From a virus: a stretch of 64,000 nt of DNA. Below are positions 1 to 9,489 of this stretch, one piece after another (position 1 is the first letter of the stretch; the number at the start of each line of letters is the position of its first letter). The DNA is taken from positions 1-64,000 of the IMG/VR virus record IMGVR_UViG_3300032323_003671. The stretch is one strand, 5' to 3'. The translations under genes were made by a program, and so were the position numbers. The notes under the pieces are model-generated. The model worked only from the letters and a program-made list of their open reading frames with translations, was not told the origin of the DNA and did no database searches.

Positions 1-296
1 AGAAGGGATACCTCCCCCCTATTCTTTCAAGATAAAAATCCCCAATACAAAAAAAATATTATAAAAACAAAAAAAAAATAGTAAAATATTTTAAATAATA
101 GAGAAATAAATCCAAAAAAATATAAATCAAAAGTGAAATATTTCTTATTTTTGTTTAGGTCAATTCAAATTATGGAGAATTTCATTTTTTCGGTTTTTGC
201 AAAATCTTTTAGAGCATCCCTATTGCGAATGTTTGAATTCCATATTTATTGTAATTGACCAGTTCCTTTAATTATTCAAATATTTAATTACAAGCG

Positions 297-1121
297 ATGG
301 GGATCTCTAAAAGGCAAAAAAGAGTTCAGGGTTTAAAAAAATACAACCGAATACTTTCAGTCTTAATAAAAGACAAAAAGAAAAAGGGTGAAATTTACGA
401 TTTAAAGGAACTTCGTCAGTACGCAAGTAGTATTTACCCAAATTTCAAGCAAAAAGGCCTCAGGGACATTAAAAAAGGGGTTGTTTTAAGTTCTAGGCCT
501 AAAGAACTGCTTGAAACTCAAAGGGGGGCTGAAAGAAAAAAAGAAACTCCAGTATTTCCTGATGATTTAACAAATCCTGATAAAAGATTTTATTTTGATC
601 TTTATGATATGTTGGGTGATATTCAGTCAAAGACATCCAATAAAATCATTTTTGAATCAAAACTTGAAGGATCAGAAGGATTAATTATTCAAGGAGGTAC
701 TAAAATAGAGCCATCTATAAAAATATTCTACGAACAAAACTTCAAGAACTTTATTCATTATTTAGATCAGTTACGAAACAAAGGTTTAATTGATTACAAT
801 GACATTAAAATTGTTTGTACTGAACCGAAAAGAATTCCATTCTCATCAAATTGGAAAAGTTTTATAGTTTTGGCAGGTGCAGATGGTGAAGAAGTTGATC
901 CTGATTTAGAAAATTTGATTGATAATTATGATCCAAAAACAAGATACATAATTGAAAAAGCCCCAGACAAAAAGAAAAAGCCAAGACCAAGTGCAGCAGC
1001 TCAAATTAAAGATGATGAGAAGCAGAAAACGCTTCAATTAGCCTTGGAAATGGTTAAGAGAGGTGAAATGTCATGGGATAGGTATGATCAACTTTTAGAT
1101 AGGCTTTATCCTGATAAATAA
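297..1121 (+). CDS. hypothetical protein
   Basis: 274-aa ORF, first gene of the rightward arm; no motif recognised. Confidence 0.75.
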   Translation: MGISKRQKRVQGLKKYNRILSVLIKDKKKKGEIYDLKELRQYASSIYPNFKQKGLRDIKKGVVLSSRPKELLETQRGAERKKETPVFPDDLTNPDKRFYFDLYDMLGDIQSKTSNKIIFESKLEGSEGLIIQGGTKIEPSIKIFYEQNFKNFIHYLDQLRNKGLIDYNDIKIVCTEPKRIPFSSNWKSFIVLAGADGEEVDPDLENLIDNYDPKTRYIIEKAPDKKKKPRPSAAAQIKDDEKQKTLQLALEMVKRGEMSWDRYDQLLDRLYPDK

Positions 1122-1236
1122 TGAAAAAGAGATTCATAATTTTAAGATATCCAGGTATCGGACTTGGAATTGCTATAGAGAAAGAATCTCTAGGAATTGT
1201 ATTTTTTAATTTTTTAATCCAAATAAATTTTAAGTT

Positions 1237-1848
1237 ATGAGTAAAAGTAAATTTTTCGAAAAAGAAAATCTTGAATTTTCAAGAGATCAAATTGTTGTTA
1301 AGCATGCAACAAATCCTGAAATCACATTTAAGAAAGTAGGTCTTGATTATGTTGTTATCAGTCAAAATTCTCAAAGCATTTGTATTTATAGAGATCAGTT
1401 GACATCTTTAGGTTTTGCTCTTCAAGAAATTGGTGGAATGATTGCAGATGAAGAATCACAATCTGTAGATACAAATCGTTCAGTAAACATTGATTTACTT
1501 GTTGCAGGAAAATTAAATGAACACCAAGAAAATCCAAATATCGAGTTTGAACCAAAAACTGATACAGTAGAAGAACCTTTGCTAAATCATATTGAATCTG
1601 AATCCGAAGCAACTGATTCAGAAGTAGAAAATAATACACTTGATTCATCTTATATGGATGGTGGTGATGCAGTTTCTGAAAATAAAGAAGATATAATTGA
1701 TGATTCTCAAATTGAATCAGATCCTTCAAGTTTGACGACTAGCGATGAAATAAAATCAGAAAACGATCAAGAATCTAGCGATGCACCTAATGAAAGTTCT
1801 AGCAAAAGTTTCGCCAAGAAAGTAGGTCAGAAACTTGGTTTAATCTAA
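1237..1848 (+). CDS. hypothetical acidic protein
   Basis: 203-aa ORF with D/E/S-rich C-terminal half. Confidence 0.75.
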   Translation: MSKSKFFEKENLEFSRDQIVVKHATNPEITFKKVGLDYVVISQNSQSICIYRDQLTSLGFALQEIGGMIADEESQSVDTNRSVNIDLLVAGKLNEHQENPNIEFEPKTDTVEEPLLNHIESESEATDSEVENNTLDSSYMDGGDAVSENKEDIIDDSQIESDPSSLTTSDEIKSENDQESSDAPNESSSKSFAKKVGQKLGLI

Positions 1849-1879
1849 TACCAAAAAATCAAAATGTAAATGAATAGAT

Positions 1880-2326
1880 ATGGCAAAGAGAAAAACAATC
1901 GAAACATCTATTGAAGATGCCAATGTTGAAACTATTCAAGAAGCACCAGTAATTGAAGATTTTGTTCCTAAAATACCGATTACTGATGAAAACACAGTAG
2001 AATCGGAAAAAGTAAACAATGTTGTTTATTCAAAGAATTATTTCGAATCCGAAATTCTTTTCAAAATAAATACTGATAATCAAAATTTGTCTGAAAAATT
2101 TGATTTTACTGATGCTTTAATTGATTTAAATTTCATTCGTGGATTAGAACGTGCGGTTTTATCTAGACTAGAAGATTTGGGTTTAACTCCTGAATCGATG
2201 AAAGAATATAATATTGCTGCTGATATTTATCCATTTGTTTATAGCACAGCTTATCCGAATGGAGTTCTAGTTTTAGATATGAGTTATGATGAACTTAAAA
2301 CAATGCTTGTTGAGTTTAATTCATGA
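1880..2326 (+). CDS. hypothetical protein
   Basis: 148-aa ORF, ATGA-coupled to the next gene. Confidence 0.75.
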   Translation: MAKRKTIETSIEDANVETIQEAPVIEDFVPKIPITDENTVESEKVNNVVYSKNYFESEILFKINTDNQNLSEKFDFTDALIDLNFIRGLERAVLSRLEDLGLTPESMKEYNIAADIYPFVYSTAYPNGVLVLDMSYDELKTMLVEFNS

Positions 2327-3099
2327 AAAACATAGATGTTTCTTTCGAGGAATATGATCAGCTCGTGGAACTCCAAATTAAAAATGGAGTTCCATACGCT
2401 GAACACAATAAAGGTTCAAGAAAAACACTGTATGTTTTTGGATCGCCAGTCGCTTCCATAGTGTCTGGATACAATAGTTTAGATATTGGAGCTTTACCAT
2501 ATCCAAAATTTTATTCTTTTTTAGCAGCTTTTAAGAGAGGCCTATATCAAAACTTAATTTCGAATCAGGAGTTAATCAATTTTAAAATTGAATTTGATGG
2601 TTCAAGTCGTGGAAAAAATAGAGAGTTATTTCAAAAAATTGAAATCGAACAAAGTTATTTTAACCTGGATTTAATATCTGCATATTGGCAGATTGGATAT
2701 CGATTGGGATATTTATCAAAAAAAAACTATCAAAAATATTTTAAAGAAAATGACTACAAAGCAGCAAAGAGATTATGCTTTTCATTTTTGGCTAGATGTA
2801 ACTACAAAGAATATTTAAATCCAGATGGTTCAAAATATATTATTGAGTGTGATAATACTATTGATCAACAAGTCTATGATAATGTAAGAAATGAACTGTA
2901 CAGGATAATATTAGGCGCAGTTGATTTAATTAGTTCGAGTTATATTGATTATAATATTGATGGTATTTCATTTTTGAAATCAGAATTACCAGTAGTTAAA
3001 AAATACTTTGATGATTTGAAATTGGAGTATAAAATAAATCCTTGTGTAAAACAAGGTGATTCCCATTATCTATTTAAAGGCAAAATAAGGAGGTTTTAG
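2323..3099 (+). CDS. small family-B DNA polymerase-like palm-domain protein
   Basis: Motif A-like FNLDLISAYW, motif B-like YKAAKRL and motif C-like YIDYNIDGISF occur in PolB order; only 258 aa, no exonuclease domain. Confidence 0.45.
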   Translation: MKNIDVSFEEYDQLVELQIKNGVPYAEHNKGSRKTLYVFGSPVASIVSGYNSLDIGALPYPKFYSFLAAFKRGLYQNLISNQELINFKIEFDGSSRGKNRELFQKIEIEQSYFNLDLISAYWQIGYRLGYLSKKNYQKYFKENDYKAAKRLCFSFLARCNYKEYLNPDGSKYIIECDNTIDQQVYDNVRNELYRIILGAVDLISSSYIDYNIDGISFLKSELPVVKKYFDDLKLEYKINPCVKQGDSHYLFKGKIRRF

Positions 3100-3118
3100 T
3101 TAATAACTAACACTTATA

Positions 3119-3173
3119 TGTTAATAAATATACTTTTGTAATTATTAGTAATTAACAAAGTGTTGTATATTTG
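3119..3173 (+). promoter_or_regulatory. Bacteroidota-type promoter (TATATTTG at 3166-3173) with upstream TGTTAATAAATAT box
   Basis: Matches the TAnnTTTG -7 consensus; same box and 34-bp spacing recur at 61925-61979 on the - strand. Confidence 0.7.
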
Positions 3174-3197
3174 TACCATAATCGCAAATAAATAAGA

Positions 3198-3548
3198 ATG
3201 ATGAAAAATGAAACAACTCCAAAAGAAATTTCAGAATCACCTCTGAAAGAATTCAACCACACACCAGAACCTTGGTTGGTTGCTAATATTCCTGATATTA
3301 TGAATGGAATGTATGAGATATATAACAAACCTTTTGGACTTGGTATTATTGGATACTCTCATAATAAAGAAGATGCTAAAAGGATATCCGAGTGCGTGAA
3401 TGCGATGAAAGGCATTGAAAATCCAATTAAGTTCATGGAAGTAGTAAACTCAATGCTTACAATGATTGATAATGGAGAAAAGATTGATAATCATTCTCTT
3501 ATTTTTAAATGCATACCAATGTGGTATGAAAAAACCAAAGAACAATGA
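3198..3548 (+). CDS. hypothetical phage protein (first of cassette-like array)
   Basis: HTPEPW...DAKRISECVNAM pattern typical of phage ORFs; ends in KEQ junction. Confidence 0.7.
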   Translation: MMKNETTPKEISESPLKEFNHTPEPWLVANIPDIMNGMYEIYNKPFGLGIIGYSHNKEDAKRISECVNAMKGIENPIKFMEVVNSMLTMIDNGEKIDNHSLIFKCIPMWYEKTKEQ

Positions 3549-3715
3549 GAACATTTTATGTAATTAAAGACATAAGGGCTAACAAGTATTTGTCAGTAAA
3601 TGAAGATTGGAATGATTTTATGATATGTCAAGAGTTTGATTCTGAAGAATCTGCAATAAAAGAACTTGAAAGATGGGATGGTTATTTCATAATTGAGAAA
3701 ATATATCAACTTTAA
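3545..3715 (+). CDS. small hypothetical protein, paralog of 6297-6506
   Basis: 56 aa, read by hand: MRTFYVIKDIRANKYLS...EFDSEESA...FIIEKIY aligns with MAQTFYVIKQYRDDKFLS...EFASETEA...FVIEKY. Confidence 0.75.
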   Translation: MRTFYVIKDIRANKYLSVNEDWNDFMICQEFDSEESAIKELERWDGYFIIEKIYQL

Positions 3716-3727
3716 AAATTAATCAAA

Positions 3728-4078
3728 ATGCGCAGAAGCACAAGAAGGTTTTTAGGAAATATATTTATTACTCTATTTTCCCTACCTATATTAGCTGAGT
3801 TAGCCAAAGGCTCAAAAAAATCAAATAAAATCCCCTTAAACAAGGAAAATAATTCCATACAAGGCGTAAAACAACCAACAGCAGTAGAATGGCAATATAT
3901 TGAGCTTTCAAAATTTCTTAATGGCAAATCAGAATTTACCCATGCAAATGATATTCTAATTAAAGCCAAAGAAATGGAGCAGCAGCAGATATATAGAGCA
4001 GGTGCATATTACTTTCATGAACATGGTAAACTAACACCTACTCAATACTACAACGAAACCTTTAAACAAGAACAATGA
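3728..4078 (+). CDS. hypothetical phage protein
   Basis: TAVEW...KAKEMEQQQI...YYNETFKQEQ. Confidence 0.7.
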   Translation: MRRSTRRFLGNIFITLFSLPILAELAKGSKKSNKIPLNKENNSIQGVKQPTAVEWQYIELSKFLNGKSEFTHANDILIKAKEMEQQQIYRAGAYYFHEHGKLTPTQYYNETFKQEQ

Positions 4079-4212
4079 TAGCATTATTTATAGTACCAAT
4101 TGTATTGGTAGCATTTATTTCCTACTACTTAGGAAGAAACCGAGAAAGAGCTGAGTGGGATAAGTTATTTGAAGACGTAGAATTATCAAAAACTAAACAA
4201 CAAGAACAATGA
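4075..4212 (+). CDS. small membrane protein (45 aa)
   Basis: MIALFIVPIVLVAFISYYLG...KQQEQ; ATGA-coupled at both ends. Confidence 0.65.
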   Translation: MIALFIVPIVLVAFISYYLGRNRERAEWDKLFEDVELSKTKQQEQ

Positions 4213-4556
4213 AAGAAGAAGAATTAAAGTACAAGTATCCAGTAGGCGATTTTTTAAGTGGATTTTCAGAAGATCCTAATAATCCATGTGATTATGAACT
4301 TGAATGTCAAAGAATGGTAAGTAGAGGAGTTCAATATCTTGACGACCATAAAGAACTATGCGATGCAGTAGACATAGGAGGTGTTAAAACATCAGATCAA
4401 AGAATTCAACCAATGATTCATTTCATGTGCCTAAATGAATCAGGTCATTCTGGGATGATGATAGATAAAACTGTTAGAGTTTCTTTTGTCGCTAAGAAAA
4501 TGGGTTGGGAAACATACATTCAAAAAATAACAGAATTTAAAAACCAAGAACAATGA
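4209..4556 (+). CDS. hypothetical protein
   Basis: 115 aa, ends NQEQ, ATGA-coupled. Confidence 0.7.
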   Translation: MKEEELKYKYPVGDFLSGFSEDPNNPCDYELECQRMVSRGVQYLDDHKELCDAVDIGGVKTSDQRIQPMIHFMCLNESGHSGMMIDKTVRVSFVAKKMGWETYIQKITEFKNQEQ

Positions 4557-4669
4557 AAGAATTCTTGCTATTGCTATGGCAAACATTCATAGCACCTTAT
4601 AAAATGGTATGTAATTTATTTGATATGGAAGGAGATTACCTTTATAAACTTAAACAACAAGAAAAATGA
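4553..4669 (+). CDS. small hypothetical protein (38 aa)
   Basis: MKEFLLLLWQ...KQQEK; fills the gap with ATGA overlaps at both ends. Confidence 0.55.
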   Translation: MKEFLLLLWQTFIAPYKMVCNLFDMEGDYLYKLKQQEK

Positions 4670-4896
4670 AAAAAAAACTAACAGAGTCATTTAATGACCC
4701 ACAATTAAAAGAAAAATTACTTAGCAAAATTCGTGAATTTATTGAAAATGAAACAACAGAGTTTTCAACAAGCCAACTTCACATAGACAATTCTTCATTT
4801 TCATTATATGCAGATAATGGTAATGGTAATATCATGAAACGATTTGTTATACGAATTGAAGAACAATCCCAAGACGAACAATTTAAAGAACAATAA
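4666..4896 (+). CDS. hypothetical protein
   Basis: 76 aa, ends FKEQ. Confidence 0.65.
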   Translation: MKKKLTESFNDPQLKEKLLSKIREFIENETTEFSTSQLHIDNSSFSLYADNGNGNIMKRFVIRIEEQSQDEQFKEQ

Positions 4897-4897
4897 A

Positions 4898-5113
4898 ATG
4901 ACAGAGTTTAAGCAGTACCGAAGAAAAAGTATATCTGAGTTGAGACCTTATGTTGAAGGTGAGATTTTAGATGGAAAGGTGTCAATATCACAAGCTGATA
5001 AAGACAATGGAAGTCCAAAGTTAGGTGACATGATTGCAAGAAATCCAAAGAATCACGAAGACCAATGGCTTGTAGCCAAGCAATACTTTGAGGATAATTT
5101 AGAAGAAATTTAA
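4898..5113 (+). CDS. small phage protein
   Basis: Likely start ATG 4898; motif GDMIARNPKNHEDQWLVAKQYFEDN. Confidence 0.7.
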   Translation: MTEFKQYRRKSISELRPYVEGEILDGKVSISQADKDNGSPKLGDMIARNPKNHEDQWLVAKQYFEDNLEEI

Positions 5114-5125
5114 AGAACCAGAACG

Positions 5126-5332
5126 ATGAGTAAAATAAAAATAAAATTAGAATTAGTCAATGGTGTAGAAGGTGATTCTATTTACCTAAATGACACAAGA
5201 ATTTGTGGATCAAAACCTTGGGGTGGCGGAAAAGTTATGAAGAAATGGACTACCTCAATTGAAGACATTGAAAGTGCGCTTGGGTTTAAATTTACAGATG
5301 AGCAATTAGATACACTCAAACAACAAGAATGA
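5126..5332 (+). CDS. hypothetical protein
   Basis: 68 aa, ends KQQE. Confidence 0.65.
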   Translation: MSKIKIKLELVNGVEGDSIYLNDTRICGSKPWGGGKVMKKWTTSIEDIESALGFKFTDEQLDTLKQQE

Positions 5333-5387
5333 AAATAAAACAATGCTTAATAATTAATCAAAATCAAACACCTTAAAACAAGAACAA

Positions 5388-5804
5388 ATGAAACCAGTAA
5401 AAGCGAATGAATTACGTCTTGGTAATTTAGTCATGGATGGCCATGAAATTGAACAAGTCAATGCAAGAATGATTGACATGCTAGTAAAAAATGAAGCTGA
5501 ATTTAATCCTATCCCACTAACCGAAGAATGGTTAATTAAATTTGGTTTTAGTAAAATGGATGATACCACACCAAGTAATTATAGAGTCCATAAAAGCAAG
5601 ATGTTCTTTTACATTCGTTATGGTACGTTCACTACAGATATGGGTAAAACGGATTTAATCGGTTACAATGGATTATTCGTAGGCAACAAATTTGTAAGGG
5701 TTATCAGATACGTACATGATTTGCAAAACTTATATTTTCCCTTGATGTGTGAGGAATTACAACCTATCTACAAAAACTCTGAAGATGAAAGCAGTATTAG
5801 TTAA
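5388..5804 (+). CDS. Bacteroidota-phage-type hypothetical protein
   Basis: ELRLGNLV...PIPLTEEWLIKFGF...YVHDLQNLYF. Confidence 0.75.
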   Translation: MKPVKANELRLGNLVMDGHEIEQVNARMIDMLVKNEAEFNPIPLTEEWLIKFGFSKMDDTTPSNYRVHKSKMFFYIRYGTFTTDMGKTDLIGYNGLFVGNKFVRVIRYVHDLQNLYFPLMCEELQPIYKNSEDESSIS

Positions 5805-6297
5805 AAAAGCTGAATGTTGGTACAATCTTTATCAAGAAGAGATAGGATTTGCTTCAACTCATTGGGAATTGCAAGGGTATAAACTATGTCAAGAAAACTG
5901 TGATGAGATATTTGGAGTTTTGGATGTTGAGAAATTGGCAATAGATGAAATCGGTAAAAGGAACTTATCTGGTCAGATATACAATAATCATGAAATTTCA
6001 ATTTTTATCAAAGGCTTCAACAAAGCAATGGAGTTAAACAAAGACAAGTTGTTTACTTTGGAAGATATGAGAAAAGCTATCGATTGGACTATGAATCAGT
6101 ATTTTGAGTTTCATGAGTCACCAGCAATAGGAAGACGTGAACATTATTTACAATTACTTCAACAACCTCCAGATATTGAAGTTGAAATTGAGATGGAAAC
6201 AATTAGTGAGGGCTTGGATGAAAATGCACAACCTCAATTCAAACAAAGTATCAAACTTGATGAAAAAGGATGTTTAATCCTGAAAAAAGCAAAATAA
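5785..6297 (+). CDS. hypothetical phage protein
   Basis: Likely start ATG 5785 (MKAVLVKK). Confidence 0.7.
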   Translation: MKAVLVKKAECWYNLYQEEIGFASTHWELQGYKLCQENCDEIFGVLDVEKLAIDEIGKRNLSGQIYNNHEISIFIKGFNKAMELNKDKLFTLEDMRKAIDWTMNQYFEFHESPAIGRREHYLQLLQQPPDIEVEIEMETISEGLDENAQPQFKQSIKLDEKGCLILKKAK

Positions 6298-6506
6298 TGG
6301 CACAAACATTTTACGTTATCAAACAGTATAGAGATGATAAATTTTTATCAAGCGAAGGTTTCTGGACTTCATACGTATTTTCAAAAGAATTTGCATCTGA
6401 AACGGAGGCTTTAGAATTTATTGATCAATTAGCATCTTCTAGTTTTCATAGACCAATTATTTCAAACGTTTCTTTTGTAATTGAAAAGTATCACAAATAC
6501 ATTTAA
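6297..6506 (+). CDS. small hypothetical protein, paralog of 3545-3715
   Basis: TAATG-coupled start at 6297; similar to 3545-3715. Confidence 0.7.
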   Translation: MAQTFYVIKQYRDDKFLSSEGFWTSYVFSKEFASETEALEFIDQLASSSFHRPIISNVSFVIEKYHKYI

Positions 6507-6516
6507 ACCAGATAGT

Positions 6517-6882
6517 ATGGAACATTTGAAACAAGATATCATTGAACATAAAAAATTCAATGAGTTTAAAACAATTGAGAAAAAAGTCATTTGGTTGCTT
6601 GAAACGAATGCATATTTAAGGGATAGTGATGATCGTCTTTACAATAAATACATTGCCTTTCAACTAGGAGATGGAGATTTTGAAAAGGGAGTAGACATGC
6701 TAGAAAAAATGTCAGCTAAAAAATTTCTGATTCTTCTTGTGAATTCTTCAATAGTAAATTATGATACTTTGACTAGAGCCAGAAGAAAAGTTCAGGAAAA
6801 ATATCCGCATCTAAGAGGTGATTCTTATGTAAAGAGAAAGGCCGAATCAGAACACTGGAAAAATAACATTAACAATTATTAG
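6517..6882 (+). CDS. phage hypothetical protein
   Basis: LRDSDDRL...TRARRKVQEKYPHLRG. Confidence 0.7.
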   Translation: MEHLKQDIIEHKKFNEFKTIEKKVIWLLETNAYLRDSDDRLYNKYIAFQLGDGDFEKGVDMLEKMSAKKFLILLVNSSIVNYDTLTRARRKVQEKYPHLRGDSYVKRKAESEHWKNNINNY

Positions 6883-6884
6883 TC

Positions 6885-7319
6885 ATGCCAAAAGGAAAAA
6901 TTCTATCAATAAATTTTGTGAATGAATGGACTGCTGCCGATGGTACGCTTTATTACTATCACGCAATAGTTCTTGATAATGGAGATGTTGGATCTGCTGC
7001 TTTAAAATCGCAAAATCAATTCCAACTCGGTCAAAATATTGAGTACGAAATTGAAGGAGAACGCATTAAAAAAGTAAAACTTGTCATGCCATCCTCTTCC
7101 AAAAAAGCATCATCTGCAGCTCCTTCATATTCTGGCAGAAAATCATATTCAAAGTCAGCAAGAAACCCTGTAGATTTTTTGGGCTTTATTTATGGATATG
7201 CCAAGGACATTCACATTGCTGAAATGAATGTTACAGGAAAAGTAGTTCCGATTGAAAAGTTAAAGAGCAATGTTGAAGAAATGTATGCTCATATTCAAGA
7301 ACTTTTGGATAACGAATAA
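6885..7319 (+). CDS. putative OB-fold/SSB-like protein
   Basis: Beta-rich N-terminal domain, low-complexity linker, located in the replication block. Confidence 0.4.
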   Translation: MPKGKILSINFVNEWTAADGTLYYYHAIVLDNGDVGSAALKSQNQFQLGQNIEYEIEGERIKKVKLVMPSSSKKASSAAPSYSGRKSYSKSARNPVDFLGFIYGYAKDIHIAEMNVTGKVVPIEKLKSNVEEMYAHIQELLDNE

Positions 7320-7329
7320 TCAAATAGAC

Positions 7330-7506
7330 ATGGATGAAATTGAATCATTGCAAATTGCCATTGCAAGCACATTAGGTATTGTACCTACACCTTCTCAAAG
7401 TGAGAAAATCCTGGAAAAATTCAGATTAGTAAAATCCAAAAATTTGGAAGTTACAATTGCTCAATTAAAAAACATAAACAATGGACATAAGGAAATTAGC
7501 AATTGA
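7330..7506 (+). CDS. hypothetical protein
   Basis: Likely start ATG 7330. Confidence 0.55.
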   Translation: MDEIESLQIAIASTLGIVPTPSQSEKILEKFRLVKSKNLEVTIAQLKNINNGHKEISN

Positions 7507-7861
7507 AAAATTAGTGAATGCAGGTATATTCAATTCTGATGAAAAAATGATTTTGGCATTTACTCTTGGATATCAAGAAGGAAATGCAAGGCCTCCAATC
7601 ATGATCAATACAATTGAATCTTATCGAAGCGAAATAATGTCAAATATTTCTTTTCGTGATGTTTTGTGCATGCAACAAAGATTAAGTGTTGAAGATTACG
7701 AATACATGGTGTCCGAATTCATTCAGTTACAAATGGTAACTAGAAAAATATATTCGAACTCTAGTGAAGTTTTCAATCATTTAAGAAATTGGATTGCCTA
7801 TCAAAAAAAGAATTATTTGGAGAAGAAATCAAAATCCAATAAAAAGGAAGGCTTACTATGA
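7481..7861 (+). CDS. hypothetical protein, possible replication initiator/helicase-loader partner
   Basis: ATGA-coupled to dnaB; C-terminal FNHLRNWI resembles phage replisome-organiser tails. Confidence 0.45.
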   Translation: MDIRKLAIEKLVNAGIFNSDEKMILAFTLGYQEGNARPPIMINTIESYRSEIMSNISFRDVLCMQQRLSVEDYEYMVSEFIQLQMVTRKIYSNSSEVFNHLRNWIAYQKKNYLEKKSKSNKKEGLL

Positions 7862-9486
7862 CCAGGAAGAAAAAAGTTTATCTACAGCCACAAGTTGATC
7901 CTGAGTGGCAAGTAAAAGTAGAGAGAGTTATTTTAAGTACTGTTTTGATGGACAAAGAGGCCATTCATGTAGTGGCCAAAGATTTTCAATTAAAATATTT
8001 TCGAACAGATGAGAACATTCAAATAGCCAATGCAATAATTCAATTGATGATTGCCAATAAGAAAATCGATATGATTACACTTGTTGAGCAATTGAAGAAA
8101 AATGGAACACTTGAAAGCGCAGGTGGCATTGCATACATTTCTAGCCTTACGCATGCTTACAACAGATTCAATTTGGAAGAACACATGCTTGTTCTCAAAC
8201 AATATTGGCTTGCTCATTATATTACTGAGTGTTGTAACGTAGCTCAATCAGAAATCATTGAATACAAAAAAGACATTTTCGATGTTTACGCAAATTTGCA
8301 GAAAAAGCTAGACGATGCACAAAGAGATATCATTGTTAAGGATCTACAAAGTGTTGCCGATATTCATAAAGAAATACTTCAAAAGTCTTATGAATTTTTG
8401 GATGGTCAAATTACTTCTGGAGTACCAACTGGACTTGATAGATTAGATCTTTTAACAAATGGTTTTCAGAGTAGCGATTTAATTATTTTGGCAGGAAGAA
8501 CTTCAATGGGTAAAACCGCATTTTCTTTGAGCATATTAATTGAGCCTTGCATTCATCAAAAAATACCTATTGGCTACTTTTCTTTGGAAATGTCAAAGGA
8601 GCAAGTTGTAGGTCGTATTCAATCCATATTGTCAAAAATTTCGGTAAGTAAGATCATTAAAAAGCAATTAACTATTGAAGAAATAAATCAGGTTGCTCAC
8701 AAGGCAAATGAATTAATGACTTCTCCATTTTTTATCGATGATACTCCGAACATTTCAATAATGGAACTTAAATCTAAAGCTAGGAAACTAGTTCGTGAAG
8801 ATGGCGTGAGAATGATTGTAATCGATTATTTACAATTAATGAAGTCTGGAATCAAGACTTACAATAGAGAACAGGAAATAGCGGAAATTTCAAAAGCATT
8901 AAAAGCAATTGCCAAAGAATTAAATATCCCAGTTATTGCATTAAGTCAATTATCAAGGGGTGTAGAACAAAGAGGTGGAGATAAAAAACCGATGCTTTCT
9001 GATTTAAGAGATTCAGGTCAGATTGAGCAGGATGCCGATATGGTTTTATTTTGTTTCCGCCCAGAATATTATGGTCAATTAGAATATGAATGTTTCGGGC
9101 ATGTTTTACCTGCAGATAATTTATTTGTTTTAATCGTTTCTAAGCACAGAAATGGCGTATTGGGTGAAATTCCTTTACATTTTGAAGGCCAATACACTGA
9201 AATAAGCAATTATAGAGATGGAAATAGCCTTTATAATAGTGGTGCGATAAGAACACAAAACCAGACCAATCCTCAAAATACTAGTCAAAATGTTTCTAAT
9301 ATGTTGTCAGATGAAACAAATAAAGAAAATTCTAAATTTGGTAATATAACACCTAAAAATAGTATATTTGAAAAAGAAATAACTGGTCAAGAAAACAAAA
9401 ACAATTTATCCCGATTTAGTTCAAGTTTTGATAACCCCATAGATGAAATAGATTTTAATTCAAACGAAGAAGAAACACCATTTTAA
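7858..9486 (+). CDS. dnaB: replicative DNA helicase
   Basis: Walker A AGRTSMGKT, FSLEMS, IVIDYLQL, ALSQLSR, SDLRDSGQIEQDAD, KHRNG. Confidence 0.97.
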   Translation: MTRKKKVYLQPQVDPEWQVKVERVILSTVLMDKEAIHVVAKDFQLKYFRTDENIQIANAIIQLMIANKKIDMITLVEQLKKNGTLESAGGIAYISSLTHAYNRFNLEEHMLVLKQYWLAHYITECCNVAQSEIIEYKKDIFDVYANLQKKLDDAQRDIIVKDLQSVADIHKEILQKSYEFLDGQITSGVPTGLDRLDLLTNGFQSSDLIILAGRTSMGKTAFSLSILIEPCIHQKIPIGYFSLEMSKEQVVGRIQSILSKISVSKIIKKQLTIEEINQVAHKANELMTSPFFIDDTPNISIMELKSKARKLVREDGVRMIVIDYLQLMKSGIKTYNREQEIAEISKALKAIAKELNIPVIALSQLSRGVEQRGGDKKPMLSDLRDSGQIEQDADMVLFCFRPEYYGQLEYECFGHVLPADNLFVLIVSKHRNGVLGEIPLHFEGQYTEISNYRDGNSLYNSGAIRTQNQTNPQNTSQNVSNMLSDETNKENSKFGNITPKNSIFEKEITGQENKNNLSRFSSSFDNPIDEIDFNSNEEETPF

Positions 9487-9489
9487 ATT

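Noticed and set aside
1358-1729. Antisense and alternate-frame ORFs in the track (e.g. 1358, 7990, 28781, 34526, 50706, 61076)
   Set aside because: Shadow ORFs overlapping well-supported genes, with no motifs or expression signals
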